From the IMG/VR virus record IMGVR_UViG_3300029742_000017: a stretch of DNA of 33,399 bases. One strand, written 5' to 3'. A program made the translations under genes and the position numbers. Of the stretch, positions 23,412 to 30,486 are shown piece by piece (the stretch's first letter is position 1; each line of letters starts with the position of its first letter). Below the pieces are notes generated by a model. The model saw only the letters and a program-made list of their open reading frames with translations. It did no database searches and was not told the origin of the DNA. The DNA comes from a virus.

Positions 23412-23756
23412 ATGGAAACGATGACAAAAATTATTGCTGTATGTACCGCCGTCGTGGCAGTTGGTGGCGCAGCAATGTATCTGAAGAAGATTGCGAACAT
23501 AATCAGACACCCACTCGAAGAGATGAATCGCAAAATTGAAAAAAACGAAAAAGAGTCCGAAAAACATGACGAATATTTCAAGAATGATTTAAATCGCCTG
23601 GACAAGCATGATAAGATGCTCGAAGGGATAAAGGAAGATAATCGGATTGTAATGCGATCGCTTTTTCTTTTGTTGAAACATGCGGAGACAGGTAACAATA
23701 CTGGAGAAATCACCGCAGGCAGGAAAGAGCTTGAAGAATATCTAACAAGTAAATAA
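23412..23756 (+). CDS. Membrane-anchored coiled-coil protein (N-terminal TM), lysis-cassette accessory
   Basis: AGGAGG SD; a TM helix then a charged helical region. Confidence 0.55.
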   Translation: METMTKIIAVCTAVVAVGGAAMYLKKIANIIRHPLEEMNRKIEKNEKESEKHDEYFKNDLNRLDKHDKMLEGIKEDNRIVMRSLFLLLKHAETGNNTGEITAGRKELEEYLTSK

Positions 23757-23763
23757 TTCCAAT

Positions 23764-23795
23764 AAAAAAGATCGGTCAGTCGCCGATCTTTTTTT
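23764..23795. terminator. Bidirectional intrinsic terminator (A-run, GATCGG/CCGATC stem, T-run) between convergent genes
   Basis: aaaaaaGATCGGtcagtcgCCGATCttttttt. Confidence 0.75.
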
Positions 23796-23967
23796 CATCC
23801 TGCGCCTGGATTTCTTTTCGGATCAGTGCTTTTATAACGCCCTGTTTGTTGTCTGCTGCATTTAAAAATTCTATAATATCAGCATCGGTAGCACGGTTTA
23901 GCTTCAAATAAACTCCAATGGTGTTAGCCTGATCATATTTCTTCTGAGCTTTATATTTTGTATTCAT
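23776..23967 (-). CDS. Small ribbon-helix-helix-like DNA-binding protein
   Basis: Beta-strand-like IGVYLKL followed by two helices; AGGAGGGAG SD. Confidence 0.5.
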   Translation of the reverse strand: MNTKYKAQKKYDQANTIGVYLKLNRATDADIIEFLNAADNKQGVIKALIRKEIQAQDEKKIGD

Positions 23968-24000
23968 GACTCCCTCCTGTTGTTCAATACTGCACAGAGA

Positions 24001-24028
24001 ATGATAAGAATAAATTTTGGAATATCAA
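24001..24028 (-). promoter_or_regulatory. Candidate sigma-A promoter (TTGATA-16-TATCAT) for the RHH gene
   Basis: Hexamers read on the minus strand. Confidence 0.35.
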
Positions 24029-24127
24029 GCCATCCGTAATCTCCATCCATAATGTTAAGAATAACCAGCGCAACTAGAAGAATGTTTATTGCTTTTCTGT
24101 TCATATTATCTTAGATGTGGTATAATG

Positions 24128-24164
24128 AAAACCCCGAAAGGGGAAGGGCGGGGTTTCCGCCCTT
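24128..24164 (-). terminator. Tandem-hairpin intrinsic terminator on the minus strand (AAGGGCGG/CCGCCCTT, then CCCC/GGGG followed by UUUU)
   Basis: Hand-paired; the U-tract follows the second hairpin on the minus strand. Confidence 0.6.
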
Positions 24165-24171
24165 GGACCTG

Positions 24172-24282
24172 TTATTTTTTCTTTTTCTTTTTAGACTTTG
24201 TAAGCTGGCGAGCTGTGAGTCCTAAGATTAAGATTTCTAACAGGTCTTTTGTTATTTCTAAAGCATCTTTTATGTTATCCAC
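24172..24282 (-). CDS. Micro-ORF (36 aa: MDNIKDALEITKDLLEILILGLTARQLTKSKKKKKK), amphipathic helix plus polylysine tail
   Basis: AGGAGG SD 9 nt upstream of the GTG; it has a dedicated consensus promoter and terminator. Confidence 0.45.
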   Translation of the reverse strand: MDNIKDALEITKDLLEILILGLTARQLTKSKKKKKK

Positions 24283-24309
24283 ATCTTATTACCTCCTTTC
24301 TACGGTTTT

Positions 24310-24338
24310 ATTATACTATAGGTATATACCTATGTCAA
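24310..24338 (-). promoter_or_regulatory. Perfect consensus sigma-A/sigma-70 promoter (TTGACA-17-TATAAT) with a 16-bp perfect palindrome, ATAGGTATATACCTAT (24318-24333), filling the spacer
   Basis: Read directly on the minus strand. Confidence 0.7.
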
Positions 24339-24388
24339 GTGATATCTTTTTCTTTTATATATAAATGTAGTATAAATGTAGACGTTTT

Positions 24389-24432
24389 CCCGTAATCACT
24401 GTGCGACCGGATGGGCGCACAATGATTACGGG
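24389..24432. other. 44-bp near-perfect palindrome (17-bp arms CCCGTAATCACTGTGCG / CGCACAATGATTACGGG, 10-bp centre), 3 nt from the integrase stop; candidate attP core and/or int terminator
   Basis: Hand-paired; one C-A (plus) / G-U (minus) position; no U-tract on either side. Confidence 0.5.
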
Positions 24433-24435
24433 ACA

Positions 24436-26001
24436 TTAAAGGCGCAAAAAAAGTGTTTCACCGTTCCATACACATTCTTTCAATACTTTATGTGCAATTT
24501 CATTCTTCTCATCAATCGTAAGTTCTTCAAAGTTCTTGATAAGCCTGGCTATTTCTTTCTGCTTTTCTCGTGCCTGACGTTCGATATCGACTTGCAAAAG
24601 ACTCTGTGCCTGCAGAGATGCCATTTGTTTATTTTTATCCGCCAAATCAGCATCCAGAGCTTCTATCTCAGAGATCATATATTTAGCAGCACGTGATTCG
24701 TTATTGTTAGACAAGATTTCAGAAAGATTTTTAATCCGTTCTTCTGTATGAGAAATTTCCCGTGTAAGTTTTGCCAACTGCGCAGACTTATCTCCTGGGG
24801 CAGCAAGCTCGCTAAAATATTTTTTGATCTGTTTTGGATCGTGTTCGATTTGACGAAAAACGCTTAGTGCTTTTTCGTCAATAATTTCCGCCTTGATTTG
24901 ACTGGTATTACAGACCGTTTTACCTTGCCGATCAGCTTTTGGACAGATGTACCAAGTGGACAATCCATCCTTTCGGTGTCTTCTGGCCAATCCCATAAGA
25001 CACCCGCACTTGCAGCGAATGGTACCTTTAAGCAAAGTGGTAGGGTGAACCATCTTCTTAGAGAAGCTATTGTGTGTGAATTGCGATTGAGTAGCCAGCC
25101 AGATCTCAGCCGGAATAAAAGGAATATGTCTACCAACGGACACTCTCCACTTATTCGGTGGCTGCTTTGAATGCTTTCCTTTTCGTTCGGTAGTTCGGCC
25201 ATAAATCACGATGCCAGTCTTTCCATCCCATCGTTCTCTCTTATCTGTCATGATACATCCACGGCTTTTGTAATAGTCCCAAACCTCCGGAGTAGCAAAC
25301 GTATAGAACGGGGAAGAAAGGATGGTGTAAATCTGCGTTGCCGAAAAGTATCCGCCGCGCCGCGCTTTGATGCCATTGTGTTTACAGTAGGTTTCAAATG
25401 ATTGTACTGACGCATTAAGCTCCAGAAACTTATCATAAAGGTGGCGTATTTTATTAGCTTCCTCTGGAATCAATTCGAGTGTTGTGTGAATCTTTCCGAA
25501 CTCAGTGACTTTTATACGTCGGTATCCCCGAGGTGCAGAGCCGCCAAACCACCAGCCAGCTGCAGCAAGCCCCATCATGTTATCGGCTACGCGGTTGGAA
25601 ATGGTTTCTCGCTCCATTTGTGCAAAGACAACGGACACATACATCATAGCTTTACCTAATGGTGTGCTGGTATCGATATTTTCTTTTACGGAAACAAATC
25701 CAACAGAGTGATCCTCCATGAACGCATAAATATTCGAGAAATCTCGTACGTTACGTGAGAGCCTGTCTAGCTGATAAACAATCAGAAAATCAATAATACC
25801 AGCCTTTACATCTCTCATAAAATCCTTTAACCCAGGGCGGTTGGTATTAGCACCAGTGTAGTCTTCATCCATGTACAGTAAAAATGTATGATCACCTTCA
25901 AAGTGAAGTGCAGCGTACTCACGAGCCATTCTTTCCTGGTTCTTTACGCTGTCGCTGTTTTCTGCAAAGACAGATTTGCGTGCGTAGATTGCTATTCTCA
26001 T
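24436..26001 (-). CDS. int: Large serine recombinase (integrase)
   Basis: N-terminal resolvase motif RIAIYARKSV...SVKNQ, recombinase domain, Cys4 zinc-ribbon region (CKCGC...C..C) and C-terminal coiled coil. GGGAGG SD before ATG 26001. Confidence 0.9.
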   Translation of the reverse strand: MRIAIYARKSVFAENSDSVKNQERMAREYAALHFEGDHTFLLYMDEDYTGANTNRPGLKDFMRDVKAGIIDFLIVYQLDRLSRNVRDFSNIYAFMEDHSVGFVSVKENIDTSTPLGKAMMYVSVVFAQMERETISNRVADNMMGLAAAGWWFGGSAPRGYRRIKVTEFGKIHTTLELIPEEANKIRHLYDKFLELNASVQSFETYCKHNGIKARRGGYFSATQIYTILSSPFYTFATPEVWDYYKSRGCIMTDKRERWDGKTGIVIYGRTTERKGKHSKQPPNKWRVSVGRHIPFIPAEIWLATQSQFTHNSFSKKMVHPTTLLKGTIRCKCGCLMGLARRHRKDGLSTWYICPKADRQGKTVCNTSQIKAEIIDEKALSVFRQIEHDPKQIKKYFSELAAPGDKSAQLAKLTREISHTEERIKNLSEILSNNNESRAAKYMISEIEALDADLADKNKQMASLQAQSLLQVDIERQAREKQKEIARLIKNFEELTIDEKNEIAHKVLKECVWNGETLFLRL

Positions 26002-26041
26002 TGTATCCTCCCGTTTTTTAGGCATAAAAATACCCCAAAAC

Positions 26042-26070
26042 TTGATTTTTTGAGGTCGTGATGATACAAT
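26042..26070 (+). promoter_or_regulatory. Candidate promoter TTGATT-17-(TGa)TACAAT on the plus strand, between int and the lipoprotein gene
   Basis: Hexamers and the extended -10 TG read directly. Confidence 0.4.
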
Positions 26071-26076
26071 AAAGTT

Positions 26077-26142
26077 GCGAATTTAGGTTTGCGTCATCGC
26101 GACCTGAGCATCACCCTCTGCGCCAACAGAGGGTTTTGTTTT
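26077..26142 (+). ncRNA. Candidate ~65-nt small RNA ending at the intrinsic terminator ACCCTCTG-cgccaa-CAGAGGGT-TTTTGTTTT (26113-26142)
   Basis: Promoter-to-terminator unit with no ORF. The terminator's U-tract is on the plus strand, while all neighbouring genes are on the minus strand. Confidence 0.3.
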
Positions 26143-26151
26143 ATATTCTTT

Positions 26152-26652
26152 TTATTTTTCAACGCCCATAATCTCGTTAAAAGCTTTCTCATATTCCTTC
26201 GCCTGATCTGGTGTGATGGCGTAAGAAACACGGAGTAAAGCCGTTCCAGCACGGTACATGTACTGATCCTGTTTTAGCATACCGCCTACCTCCCATGTAT
26301 CTTTCAAATAATCTTCACGTTCTTTTGCATCTGATTCATTTTCAAACACTTCCACAGTACAATCTCTATAATCATCGTCAGGGTAATCGATACACATTTG
26401 AACAGTATCAGCGTCTCTCTCATCATTCCAATTGGTTTTACTCGTGTACTGATTAGGACGACCGAGAAGCTCATTCACATCGGTTTCTTCTGTATACGTA
26501 AGCTCTTGTGTAATTGGAATTGAGTAATCATCTTTCATCTTCTGGACAATCTGATCTGAGGTAAGCGGATCTTCTTTCTTCTCACTTTCACCGCAGGCAC
26601 ATAATCCGATACAAAGAATCAGCGATAACATAACTACTAATAATTTCTTCAT
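26152..26652 (-). CDS. Secreted lipoprotein (moron; possible superinfection-exclusion function)
   Basis: Signal peptide MKKLLVVMLSLILCIGLCAC with a lipobox-like LCAC; GGAAGGAG SD. Confidence 0.7.
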   Translation of the reverse strand: MKKLLVVMLSLILCIGLCACGESEKKEDPLTSDQIVQKMKDDYSIPITQELTYTEETDVNELLGRPNQYTSKTNWNDERDADTVQMCIDYPDDDYRDCTVEVFENESDAKEREDYLKDTWEVGGMLKQDQYMYRAGTALLRVSYAITPDQAKEYEKAFNEIMGVEK

Positions 26653-26670
26653 AACTCCTTCCTCTCTTTC

Positions 26671-26979
26671 TTAAAAATATATATGTTCTGCTACCGAAAC
26701 AAAATTGACTTGTTGCTTCCGTAGCATATCAACGAACCGTGCTTTCTCTAAAAGATCACCCCCGAGGCAATCTGAATGATAAATAATTATGGTCGAGATC
26801 AAACCATTTCGGATATGCTCTAACAGACAATCAAATGCTGGTCGATCTTCAGTATCGCCATCTTCGTATTTTAGAAAAATATCTCCGTCAGAGAAACGCC
26901 CCTGAGCATAGTTATAACACATTTGCTCCTGTGTTTTGCAGCCGGGTATACTCCTTGAATTAAAATAAAATGCGTTCAT
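26671..26979 (-). CDS. Stand-alone, apparently catalytically degenerate serine-recombinase (resolvase) N-terminal-domain protein
   Basis: RPAFDCLLEHIRNGLISTIIIYHSDCLGG...LRKQQVNFVSV aligns by eye to the resolvase catalytic domain. The YxRxS and DRLxR positions read FNSRS and SDCLGG. AGGAGG SD before ATG 26979. Confidence 0.45.
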   Translation of the reverse strand: MNAFYFNSRSIPGCKTQEQMCYNYAQGRFSDGDIFLKYEDGDTEDRPAFDCLLEHIRNGLISTIIIYHSDCLGGDLLEKARFVDMLRKQQVNFVSVAEHIYF

Positions 26980-27189
26980 CTGACAGTCCTCCTTACATTC
27001 CAACATAATCCGACACTATGTAAGTGCTAAACTAACAGTGCGCCCCACCGGATAGGGGGAAACATGATCAAGTTATATATCTACATCCCAGATCCGAAGA
27101 TATATGGAATATTCGATACGGTACTACATACGTTATACCTCTCAACAAACCCTGCAGCTGCAGGAGGTGTCATCTACATTAAATAAAAC

Positions 27190-27546
27190 TTAGAGCGCTT
27201 TTTTATCCTCGGTGGCGTTAAGGCTTCGCAGAAAATCCTCGGCATTTTTATCCGATGGATCCTGCGAGGCGGCGCAGCGCTCGTATTCTTTCTGCAAAAT
27301 TATATCCACGAGTTCTTTTCCGTGCCGATCCAATGCATGGTAGTGATTCAAAAGAAGCTTATCCGTTCCAGAAAGATCTGGTCCAAGCTTAATTTCGCTT
27401 CCGACAAGAGCAGCCAGACCTAAAAGCATAAGTTCATTTACTGCTTTTGATTGATTTTTAATCCTTCTTTCAAAACGAAAATCCTCAATCTTTTTATACA
27501 GTTCATCGTCAACTGTAATGCTAAAACGTTTTTTATCCGTTGCCAT
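27190..27546 (-). CDS. Ribbon-helix-helix (CopG/Arc-type) regulator, probable lysogeny repressor
   Basis: N-terminal KKRFSITVDDELYKKIEDF RHH pattern; divergent from the cro-like gene; GGGAGGA SD. Confidence 0.6.
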   Translation of the reverse strand: MATDKKRFSITVDDELYKKIEDFRFERRIKNQSKAVNELMLLGLAALVGSEIKLGPDLSGTDKLLLNHYHALDRHGKELVDIILQKEYERCAASQDPSDKNAEDFLRSLNATEDKKAL

Positions 27547-27571
27547 ATCCGTATATCCTCCCTTTTCTTGG

Positions 27572-27600
27572 ATTATACACCACTACACCATAGATGTAAA
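27572..27600 (-). promoter_or_regulatory. Leftward promoter TTTACA-17-TATAAT for the RHH repressor gene
   Basis: Read on the minus strand; TACACC repeats lie in the spacer and -10. Confidence 0.65.
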
Positions 27601-27630
27601 TAAAAAGTACACCAAAAAACCTAAATTATA

Positions 27631-27659
27631 TTGACTTTGGTGAAATGGTGGTGTACTAT
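27631..27659 (+). promoter_or_regulatory. Rightward early promoter TTGACT-17-TACTAT
   Basis: Read directly; an inverted GGTGTAC operator copy overlaps the -10. Confidence 0.6.
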
Positions 27660-27706
27660 TTAGAAAAGTGCACCAATGCACCAAGTAAGATATGGGAGGT
27701 GAACCA

Positions 27707-27874
27707 ATGAGCGATTTAAAAAGAATGTCAATTTCCATAACAGAAGAAATGGAGCGAAAAATCGTAGAAATGCGAAAAACGGATGAATTTTGCAGATGTT
27801 CTTATGCGGAAATAATTCGACAACTGATTGAAGCGGGTGTGCAATCACTCGAAGAATCTAAGAAAATCGGATAA
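27707..27874 (+). CDS. Small RHH regulator (cro-like position)
   Basis: LKRMSISITEEMERKIVEM RHH pattern; GGGAGGTGA SD before ATG 27707. Confidence 0.6.
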   Translation: MSDLKRMSISITEEMERKIVEMRKTDEFCRCSYAEIIRQLIEAGVQSLEESKKIG

Positions 27875-27896
27875 TGAAGCAGAGAGGTAATTGGAA

Positions 27897-28049
27897 ATGA
27901 TTTTTAAAATCACGCTAATTGTGATTGTGTGGGCAGTAGCGATAGCTGGAATTATAGCAATGAAGAAAATACAGCCCAGCAACAGGTTTTATCCAGTGTG
28001 GGCTGTGTCCATAGCAACATTGTTTTTAATTGGTATGTGGTTTAGTTGA
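27897..28049 (+). CDS. Small two-TM membrane protein (50 aa), not in the ORF track
   Basis: ATG 27897 after AGAGAGG; two hydrophobic segments; the 3' end overlaps the convergent minus-strand gene by 24 nt. Confidence 0.4.
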   Translation: MIFKITLIVIVWAVAIAGIIAMKKIQPSNRFYPVWAVSIATLFLIGMWFS

Positions 28050-28472
28050 TTCCAGATCTAGGCTCAGGCAGTCAGCAATACCATGTAGATGTTCGCTGTA
28101 TTTTCTGCAGGTCTCTAAATCCTCATCAAGATTAAAAGATTCGTTATCGGCAAAATCGAGGAAACTATGAAGCGCGGTTTTGTTTTCATGACTGCAGAAT
28201 AGTACTGCTTTATTAAGCGCAGATAACAGATTTGCATAAGCTTCTGTGTCCCCTCGATTACTGGTGAAGACTCCAGCGGCATGAATAAATTCCAGAAACG
28301 CAGTTTTTTTATCATTATAATAAATTTCAAACTGACGAACTTGATTGTTGTATTCAAACTCCTGTGCCTTGATCTTGCTCTGATGAGAATTATTGATGAC
28401 TGCAACTAATATGGGGGAAATGATTGCAGCGAGAGCGATAATAGCGGTTACGATACCGGTTGTCAAATTCAT
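28026..28472 (-). CDS. N-terminally membrane-anchored protein of unknown function (counter-oriented moron)
   Basis: ORF track; TM helix GIVTAIIALAAIISPILVAVI; AAGGATGGTGA SD. Confidence 0.6.
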   Translation of the reverse strand: MNLTTGIVTAIIALAAIISPILVAVINNSHQSKIKAQEFEYNNQVRQFEIYYNDKKTAFLEFIHAAGVFTSNRGDTEAYANLLSALNKAVLFCSHENKTALHSFLDFADNESFNLDEDLETCRKYSEHLHGIADCLSLDLESTKPHTN

Positions 28473-28564
28473 TTAGTATCACCATCCTTTCTTATTGCAG
28501 TTTATCACAGAGAAAGGATCCTAACAAGAAAGATGAATGATGGGACAGATTTCAGGAGGCGATA

Positions 28565-28813
28565 ATGAAAAAATCAAATAAGTGGGATATTGGCCGGACC
28601 GAGGATGCATCGGATTTCAAAATACAAGTTCACATGAAGAATGGGGATGAATATGCATTTTGGAACATAGTTGAGGCTAATTACACAAAGCGCTATGGAG
28701 AATCGGTGCTGGTAATACAGACTGAAACAAAGCGAGAATCTGTAAAGTATGTGATCTCAAGGGAAAACATCGAGTTGGTAAAGTTTATATGGGAAGACAG
28801 GAGGTATTTATGA
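28565..28813 (+). CDS. Hypothetical protein
   Basis: AGGAGG SD; ORF track. Confidence 0.55.
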   Translation: MKKSNKWDIGRTEDASDFKIQVHMKNGDEYAFWNIVEANYTKRYGESVLVIQTETKRESVKYVISRENIELVKFIWEDRRYL

Positions 28814-28995
28814 AGGAATTTCCAATAGGCGACAAATATTTCTTTACCGGAGAAGAAAATCGTCGCATCGGCGAGACGGCAAAAAAGATGGCTGAAGTGA
28901 TAAAAGAACAAAAGCTTACCTTTGCAGAAGCAAATGATGCGCTGCGAGTATGTAAGGTGTTGCTCGGGGGAGCGGAGGTCGGACCATGGAGATAG
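28810..28995 (+). CDS. Hypothetical protein (start trimmed to ATG 28810)
   Basis: AGGAGG SD and an ATGA overlap with the upstream stop. Confidence 0.5.
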   Translation: MKEFPIGDKYFFTGEENRRIGETAKKMAEVIKEQKLTFAEANDALRVCKVLLGGAEVGPWR

Positions 28996-29201
28996 GATAC
29001 ATTCTGCTGGTCTGTACGACTACAGCGACGGCAACCGCATATCTGGTTGCGAAATGGATGTGTATACAGTTCTTGGACAGGCTGGAGAAAGTTGAACGTG
29101 AGTATGTAGATAAGATCTACAGTATCAGTAAATCAATCCTAGATCGTCAGTATCGAATTGAGATGCAGAAAGGAGAGGACAATGGAAAATTTGATCGGTA
29201 A
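28986..29201 (+). CDS. Small membrane protein
   Basis: GCGGAGG SD; N-terminal TM. Confidence 0.5.
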   Translation: MEIGYILLVCTTTATATAYLVAKWMCIQFLDRLEKVEREYVDKIYSISKSILDRQYRIEMQKGEDNGKFDR

Positions 29202-29532
29202 AGAGGAACGGCCAGTGTATGAGGTGAAGGTCGCAGTAGATACTTCGGATCTGGAGCATGCGCTGGATGTTGCAATAGAACTGAAAGAGACTTTGGAAAA
29301 ATGCGTCGAGCTACGGAGAGCGGAAAGATGGCTCCCGGCAGATCAGCTCACTCCGGCGCATGAAGGAACTTACTGGGTAACCGTAAGGCATGGCCGTCGA
29401 GGGCGGAAGGTGATGAAGGGATATTTTAGCATAGAGTGGGAAATGGACGATGAAGTTCTGGCCTGGATGCCGGACGATAAACCGGAAGCCTATAAAGGAG
29501 GAGCAGATGATGAACATCCAGAAAGCTGTTAG
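29182..29532 (+). CDS. DUF551-like protein
   Basis: C-terminal W..LP...YWV....G........VLAWMPDDKPEAYK resembles the DUF551 signature; AGGAGAGG SD before ATG 29182. Confidence 0.45.
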   Translation: MENLIGKEERPVYEVKVAVDTSDLEHALDVAIELKETLEKCVELRRAERWLPADQLTPAHEGTYWVTVRHGRRGRKVMKGYFSIEWEMDDEVLAWMPDDKPEAYKGGADDEHPESC

Positions 29533-29743
29533 GAAAGCCCGGATGGCGAACGCTAAAGGAAAGCAGGGGTATATCGCCAGAAAAAAGTGGAAAGGGAATT
29601 TCAGGATCTTGCCAACTAACACAGATCTGTGCTGCATTGCAGATGCACCCGGCATGGAGCAGGCACCGCACTGGAATCCATATGCTGAAGATCTTATGGC
29701 TGATGACTGGGAAGTACAGGAAGTCAGAATCTGTACGCAGTAG
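29507..29743 (+). CDS. DUF2829-family protein (the family containing the Thoeris anti-defence sponge Tad2)
   Basis: MNIQKAVRKA...GYIARKKWKG...HWNPYAEDLMADDWEV matches the DUF2829 pattern (G..i.R..W ... W.P...DLlAdDWev); AAGGAGGAG SD. Confidence 0.55.
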   Translation: MMNIQKAVRKARMANAKGKQGYIARKKWKGNFRILPTNTDLCCIADAPGMEQAPHWNPYAEDLMADDWEVQEVRICTQ

Positions 29744-29756
29744 ATTGGAGGAGCGT

Positions 29757-29939
29757 ATGGCTAAACAACAGGAAATTAAAGTAGAAGTCGAGTTCACAGA
29801 GGGATTCGAGGAAAGATTTACACGGGCATGCTTAGATGTCATATCAAGGAGGGAAAAACATGAGACCAAAGACAGCAGTACTTACAATCGTGATATTCGG
29901 GATCATGATCGTAATTGCAGCGTACCTGCAGCGGGATGA
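29757..29939 (+). CDS. Hypothetical protein (start trimmed)
   Basis: GGAGGAG SD before ATG 29757. Confidence 0.45.
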   Translation: MAKQQEIKVEVEFTEGFEERFTRACLDVISRREKHETKDSSTYNRDIRDHDRNCSVPAAG

Positions 29940-30051
29940 ATTTGCAGTAGGCCCAGAGTGGGCACTGCCGATCTTGCTGGCATTCATATTGCCGATAGAT
30001 GAAAGGAGCAGATCACGTGGAAGAAAATATCTCAAAAGAAAAATATATTGA
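29860..30051 (+). CDS. Small membrane protein (start trimmed)
   Basis: AGGAGGGAAAAAC then ATG; two hydrophobic segments. Confidence 0.45.
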   Translation: MRPKTAVLTIVIFGIMIVIAAYLQRDEFAVGPEWALPILLAFILPIDERSRSRGRKYLKRKIY

Positions 30052-30265
30052 TGCGTTGAAAGCGCTTATTATCGCAGATCGTAGATCTGGCGTCTGTAAT
30101 ATCATACATGAGACTGCACAGCTGCAGGAAAGAATGCGAATTTGCTATGTAGGCGGAGGAGAGTCATATATCAATATCACTGCAGATAGCCTTGGCACGA
30201 TCGGGTTAGAAGTGTTTCGGGAGATTTATGGATGCGGAGCTAATGGACGGGTAGGTGGAATCTAA
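29999..30265 (+). CDS. Hypothetical protein
   Basis: ORF track; alternative GTG 30017 after AGGAG. Confidence 0.45.
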   Translation: MKGADHVEENISKEKYIDALKALIIADRRSGVCNIIHETAQLQERMRICYVGGGESYINITADSLGTIGLEVFREIYGCGANGRVGGI

Positions 30266-30486
30266 TGGATCCCTGGATTGAAGAAGAACGATTCCTGCAG
30301 CAGCGGGAGAATCGAAGAAACGATAGGATCACCAGATCGCTCGCTGGCCAGCTCAGACCGCCAGATGATTTTATTATAGAAATGTTGAAAGAGAGGTATG
30401 GAAAATATGCAGAGTTTTATCGGAAAGTGCCGATTCTGCGGTCAGGAAAACGCCGTCATCGCAGAAGATCAAGAAGAAGCGAATAA
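30265..30486 (+). CDS. Hypothetical basic protein; its 3' end overlaps the next gene by about 80-90 nt
   Basis: ORF track. Confidence 0.4.
   Translation: MDPWIEEERFLQQRENRRNDRITRSLAGQLRPPDDFIIEMLKERYGKYAEFYRKVPILRSGKRRHRRRSRRSE

Noticed and set aside
23964-24104. 46-aa hydrophobic minus-strand ORF, ATGA-coupled to the RHH gene.
   Set aside because: It has no SD, and a plausible promoter for the RHH gene (TTGATA-16-TATCAT) lies inside it. It could still be a leaderless or weakly translated peptide.
24118-24185. Plus-strand extended -10 (TGgTATAAT), which could drive an antisense RNA convergent on the 36-aa micro-ORF (type I toxin-antitoxin layout).
   Set aside because: The -35 is poor. The same bases are simply the complement of the minus-strand terminator U-tract. 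The peptide lacks a clear TM segment.
24089-24364. 91-aa plus-strand ORF spanning the moron intergenic region.
   Set aside because: It runs through two hairpin terminators, a minus-strand micro-ORF and a consensus minus-strand promoter. Its composition is Phe/Tyr/Ser-rich AT-region noise.
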